From positions 41,294,001 to 41,358,000 of the forward strand of contig NC_087447.1 in the NCBI RefSeq assembly GCF_036321535.1: DNA of 64,000 nt. The letters are read 5' to 3'. The notes under the pieces were generated by a model. That model was not told the DNA's origin, ran no database searches, and saw only the letters and a list, made by a program, of their open reading frames with translations. Numbering within the stretch: position 1 is the first letter of the stretch; the number at the start of each line of letters is the position of its first letter. The position numbers were made by a program, and so were the translations under genes. Below, in pieces: positions 59,495 to 64,000 of this stretch. The stretch comes from Camelus dromedarius (lineage: Eukaryota).

Positions 59495-59856
59495 TGTGGT
59501 AGATTGTCCCTCCTGGGCCCTGCTTGTGAAAAGATTGTATTTCTCACTCCACTGCTGTCTAGCTTGGCCCTGTGACTTGCTTTGGCCAATGTGATGGAAA
59601 TAACATGTGCTGCTTCTGATTAGAACCTTGAAGAACCATCACTATATGTCTTTTATTTTCTGCCACAAAAATGGCAACGTGGGATTGCTCCTTCAGTTTA
59701 AGTCTTGGAGTGAAGAGTTCACGGAGCAGAGCTATAGCCAAACCACAGCCAGCATGTAACACGACTAAGACATACACCTTTACTGTTGTAAGCCACTGAG
59801 ATTTTGGAGGGTTTTTTTGTTACTGTAGCATAACCTTCTCTAGCTGACTGATATAC
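59495..59856 (+). mobile_element. MaLR LTR (MLT1-type)
   Basis: TGTGACTTGCTTTGGCCAAT...TGTTGTAAGCCACTGAGATTTTGG...TTGTTACTGTAGCATAACC...CTGACTGATATA. Confidence 0.7.
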
Positions 59857-62639
59857 CCTCTTGGGTGACAGGAGTGTCTCATATTTAGGTCCTAAAGTTA
59901 AAGCACTTTTAATTCATTCAACTCAGGCATTAGACTCAAAGCACAGCGCAGTGTCAGGGTGGCTTGGTTGAGAAAGACTTGCAGCCTCAGCTGTGGGCTC
60001 CACCAAAGCCATGCCTCCTCCGTGAACACTTGACTCTTACCACGAGCTGGATCAGCAGCCCAGACCCCCAGGGTGTGTTCCCCTCTGGGGCCCTTGATAT
60101 ACCTTTCTGTTCACAGATTCCAGCTGAGGACTTCCCAGTACATCAGTGAGATTGTAATAATGCCTCTGCAAAAGGAAAGGGTTAGGGGTCAGTGCCCCTG
60201 CCTCCTATGCAGATTACCAAAGTAGACATAGCACAGATGTTTGGGAGAAGTGGTCTTTGTCAGGCTGCAGGAGTTTCTGTTACATCTCTTTCCTGTGTAC
60301 GAGTGTTTATTTGCTTTATATTTGTTAGGAGAGTTCACCCAGTTGATTTTTCCCCCATGGTAGGTATAATCTACCCCAACGTGGTTTGCTATTCCCGCTT
60401 CTAACCATAGTAAAGATTATAGGTTTTTTTTTTTTTTTCCCATTAGCAGTCCCTCTGTTACATGTAGATGTTACATGGAAGTCTCAAAGAGAGGGTCTGG
60501 GGGCAGAGTGAAATGGTAAATGAGTCACAGTGAGGCGGCATCATTTGTTCTACCCCACTCCCCCTTTTCCTCTTCTAAAAACTCCAAAAAATAAGATTAA
60601 ACTCTGGAAGTTCAAAGAGTTATTCTAATACGAAATGGAAGGAGACATCACTCCGGCTTTTATATCAACACAGCTGGAGAAGGTATGTGAAAGGCCCAAG
60701 ATCAGCAGTGGCTCTTTTAAGCAGGAAGGTGGAGGGTAGACTTAGCAGAGCTCAGGGAGAGCAGCTCTTAATACAGGAGTGGAGTCCTTTCAGTCACTGG
60801 GGTCTCGTCTCCCTCTGCCAGAGGGTGTAAGCAACAGAATGGCATTTTAGAAGTGTCTCTCTGGCTGTTAACAGGGACTGAAATGGATTGGACAAAGGCA
60901 AGAGGAAAGACAAAGAGACTTATTAGGAGGAAGTAGAAAAGATACATGTTTATTGAACAAATGAATGAATGAATGAATGAACTTATATTAAGCTGTGGAT
61001 TTTAAGCTGTGGCTTTGAGTCCATGCTCTGGCCCAAGGCCACTCTCTGCAGTTGCATCATGTCCCCTGAGGACCATGGTGGGTCTTCAGACTTCTGGAAG
61101 AGTAAAACCCTTCCCTTACTGCTCTCCTCCACTGACCCTACAGATCCCCACTCTCTCCCTTCTTGGCAGGTCCCTTTGGCTGTAGTCCCTGAGATCCTAT
61201 ACTGTTTTTCTGTGAGCAAATTGGTGTTTTTGGAGCTGGATCACAAGCTGGTGTTAAGGCTGGTTCTCTGCGTTGGCACACTCCCCTTCTACACCTCTCG
61301 TAGTTCTGAGCTGTGTCTTGCTTAATAGCAGACACTACATTTTCTCAGAACCTTTCTGGTTCACATCACATTTCTAGCCACCCCCCCACCCCCCACCACA
61401 ATCCCCAGCCATATCCCCTACATCCACATTTAAATCACAAGCAGGTTTCTGTGGGCCATGGAAAGACAACATCCATGCAGAGCCAAGGTGGTTGCCCAAA
61501 ACTGAGTCTTCTAGGGGGTGACTTCTCTGTGAAGGCCCTTACTGCTCTTAGGGAACCCATCACCCAGGTGCCCTGCCCTCAGGGTCCTGCCTTGTAGCTT
61601 TCCACTCCCGAATGCTTTCAACATTCAGAAAAACAAAAATAAAAAACTGACAGCATTCCCACCGAGGAAGGATGAGGGTGGTCCCTAGCACCCCTCAAAA
61701 TGAGCTTTCGGAGAATCCCAGACAGGCTAAGATGCTTTAAAAAGATGTCTTTTGCTTTTAATCCAGAAGAAGGAAGGATGATCAAAAAGAAAGGCTCAGA
61801 TCCAAAGTGAATTCTTTTGTCTAGTACATGGTTTATTTTAAATGTGAAAGTTCAAGGTTACAAAAACAAATGGACTGGATGGGGCATTTGTGGATTCTGA
61901 AGCATAGACATTTCTCCAAGTTTGGAGGATGTGCTCAGATATTTGTGCAATTTTTGTCATTGTTGAAATAAAAGAGCTACTGAGCCTGAGGAACATTGCA
62001 CCCAGAATGATGTGAAAAATAAATAAATGATGGCACAGGGCTCAGAATCTCAAGGATGGGAAGGAAAGTAAATATGGCCCTAGTTGGTATTATCCTCATG
62101 TGGCCTTGGGACACCTGGTTGAAAAGCCTTTCTGATATATCACACCAGAAGTTGGATGGATCTACTGACTGAATGAAATAAATTGGGCAGGTAAATTGCT
62201 GTCAAGAAGATTGACCTATACAAGTGTTCTTCCTGCTTTTCTTCTATTTTTACCTGTCTGATTTTGTTAAAATCTCTTTTTATGAACTTGACTTTAGATT
62301 GCATTGACTTCATTAGGCAGCCAGCTTTGAGAAAGGGATTTCCTGGGGACGAAAGTTGAATTCTTCTTCAGCAGCTGGATTGAAGAAAAGAGCCTGGGCC
62401 TTGAAGTGTTCGGGTCCATCTCTTCCAAGGAACAGCTGTGTGATCTCAGATAAGGAGTTTCATTTCACTCCCTTAACTGGAAAATGCAGACAGAGCATTT
62501 TGGGGGAATACATTTTGAGAATAAGTGATGGGTATAAATTGCCATGTATAGTACCTGGTACAAAGTAAGTCTTGTAAGATATGATATAACTAATGATGGA
62601 AAAGAATCACTCTGCCTCCTCTGTGGGGCAAAAGAGCAA

Positions 62640-63140
62640 TCAGGAGGCAGTTGCACTGATGATATGACAAGAAATCATGGAGGCCTAGACCAGAGTCATA
62701 GTGGTAAAAAAGTAGTAAGAAACAGTCTGACTCTGGATGTATTTTGAAGATAGAGCTAATGGGATTTTCTGCTGGATTCCCTGTGGGGTGTGTGAGTGAG
62801 GAGCAGGAAGGGGCCTCATGAATGAGTCATGTTTTGTGCTTGAGCAGCTTGAAGGATGGACTTGCCATTTACTGAGATGGAGACAACTGAGGGCAAATCA
62901 TATCCTGGGGGTTGGAATGGGTTAAGTTGGCGCTGTCACCCAAGAGCAGGTGTCGAGTGGCCAGTTGGGTATAGGACTCTGGAGTTGTGGGGAGAAGTCC
63001 AGACTGGACATAAACATTTGAGAGTCTTCAGAGATTTTTAGATAGATGGTATTTAAAATCATGAGCTCAGATAAGGTCCTCTTGGGAGTGAGAGCAGTAG
63101 AAAAGAATCTAGGTCTGAGAGCAGCCCAGAGTTCCATATC
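62640..63140 (-). mobile_element. L2 fragment
   Basis: GGATGTATTTTGAAGATAGAGC...TTGCCATTTACTGAGATGG...ATAGATGGTATTTAAA. Confidence 0.65.
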
Positions 63141-63699
63141 CAGGAGATGAAGAAAAACAAATGCATCCTCCTCCTCCTCCCCTTCCTTCTCCTCCTTTTT
63201 CTCGTTCTTCTTGTATTGCTGTGAAAGGGGTTTGTTCTCTTTAATTCAGTTAGCCTTCATTTGAGCAAAACTGCTTGCAAAAACTTCTTTGGGGTTCACT
63301 CTTCAAAAATGATATATGCTCTTTGCAACTTCAGTTTTTAAAAAGGAAAAACACCCAACTCTGAGCCTCGTAGTGCAAGCATCAGACCAACAAGTCAGTG
63401 TATCTGGAGTTGAAGTTCCTCTTAGGATTAGTGAAATTGAGCTTTTGTTAGCATTAATTTAATGATGGAATTCAACTTTCAAACCTCAAAAATCCTTTTA
63501 TGTGTACATCTCTTTCCCTTTAAAAAAAAAAAAAACTGAAAACCAAAACAAAAAATCCCACAAAAACCTGTGTGAAGCCAGAAGGGAGAATCTGAAAAAG
63601 GTCTGACTCTTCCTTTGGTGAGATGAACAATCTGTTGTGTCATTGCACCAGCACAGAAATCCTGTGTTTGAAGAACAGACTGAGACTACAGTGTTACTC

Positions 63700-63850
63700 A
63701 GGATAGTTTAGAGGAGGGCAAGGTATTGATAGCTCAATTTTTGTGATAAAGATCTGGGAGTCTCAGTGGACCACGGAATTTCTATGAGCCAAGAATGACT
63801 TGGTTGTTTTAAGAGTCAGCACAATTTTAGGTTGAATTCAAAGAGGTCCT
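63700..63850 (+). mobile_element. CR1/L3 LINE relic
   Basis: AAAGATCTGGGAGTCTCAGTGGACCAC...ATGAGCCAAGAATG...TTTTAGGTTGAATT resembles the L3 RT region. Confidence 0.5.
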
Positions 63851-63854
63851 GGCC

Positions 63855-64000
63855 TTCTACCAAACATACAAAGAAGAACTCATACCAGTCCTTCTCAAAC
63901 TCTTCCAGAAGATTGAAAAGAAGGGAATACTCCCCAACTCATTCTATGAAGCCACCATCACCCTGGTACCAAAACCAGGCAAAGACACCACCAAAAAAGA
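63855..64000 (+). mobile_element. L1 ORF2 (5'-truncated near the start of the RT domain), continues beyond the window
   Basis: Translates [48 protein letters not shown]. Confidence 0.92.

Overview
Mammalian genomic DNA, probably camelid, inferred from five copies of a short tRNA-derived SINE resembling the vic-1 type and from young L1 3' ends. The only protein-coding gene I can support is CTR9 (PAF1 complex scaffold, TPR protein) on the minus strand. All 25 coding exons were traced by eye from ATG 28705 to TAG 7247, all with GT-AG junctions; the CDS is 3531 nt (1176 aa). It has a CpG-island promoter at about 28.5-29.2 kb and a likely poly(A) signal at 6618-6623. The rest (1-6.5 kb and 29.7-64 kb) is intergenic and dominated by L1, L2, MIR, MaLR/ERV LTRs, DNA-transposon relics and SINEs; most ORF-track entries there are spurious or L1 ORF2 remnants. 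I found no convincing new multi-gene system. The best leads are: a sharply bounded GC/CpG-rich and apparently diverged terminal CTR9 exon; a cluster of DUX-type motifs just upstream of the CTR9 promoter; an orphan GC-box/CCAAT element bracketed by convergent CTCF motifs at 43.5-44.3 kb; a near-palindromic intronic CTCF site; a twin-primed inverted L1; and two ~40-nt TSD-flanked micro-insertions. Repeat subfamily names and human comparisons are from memory, not searches.
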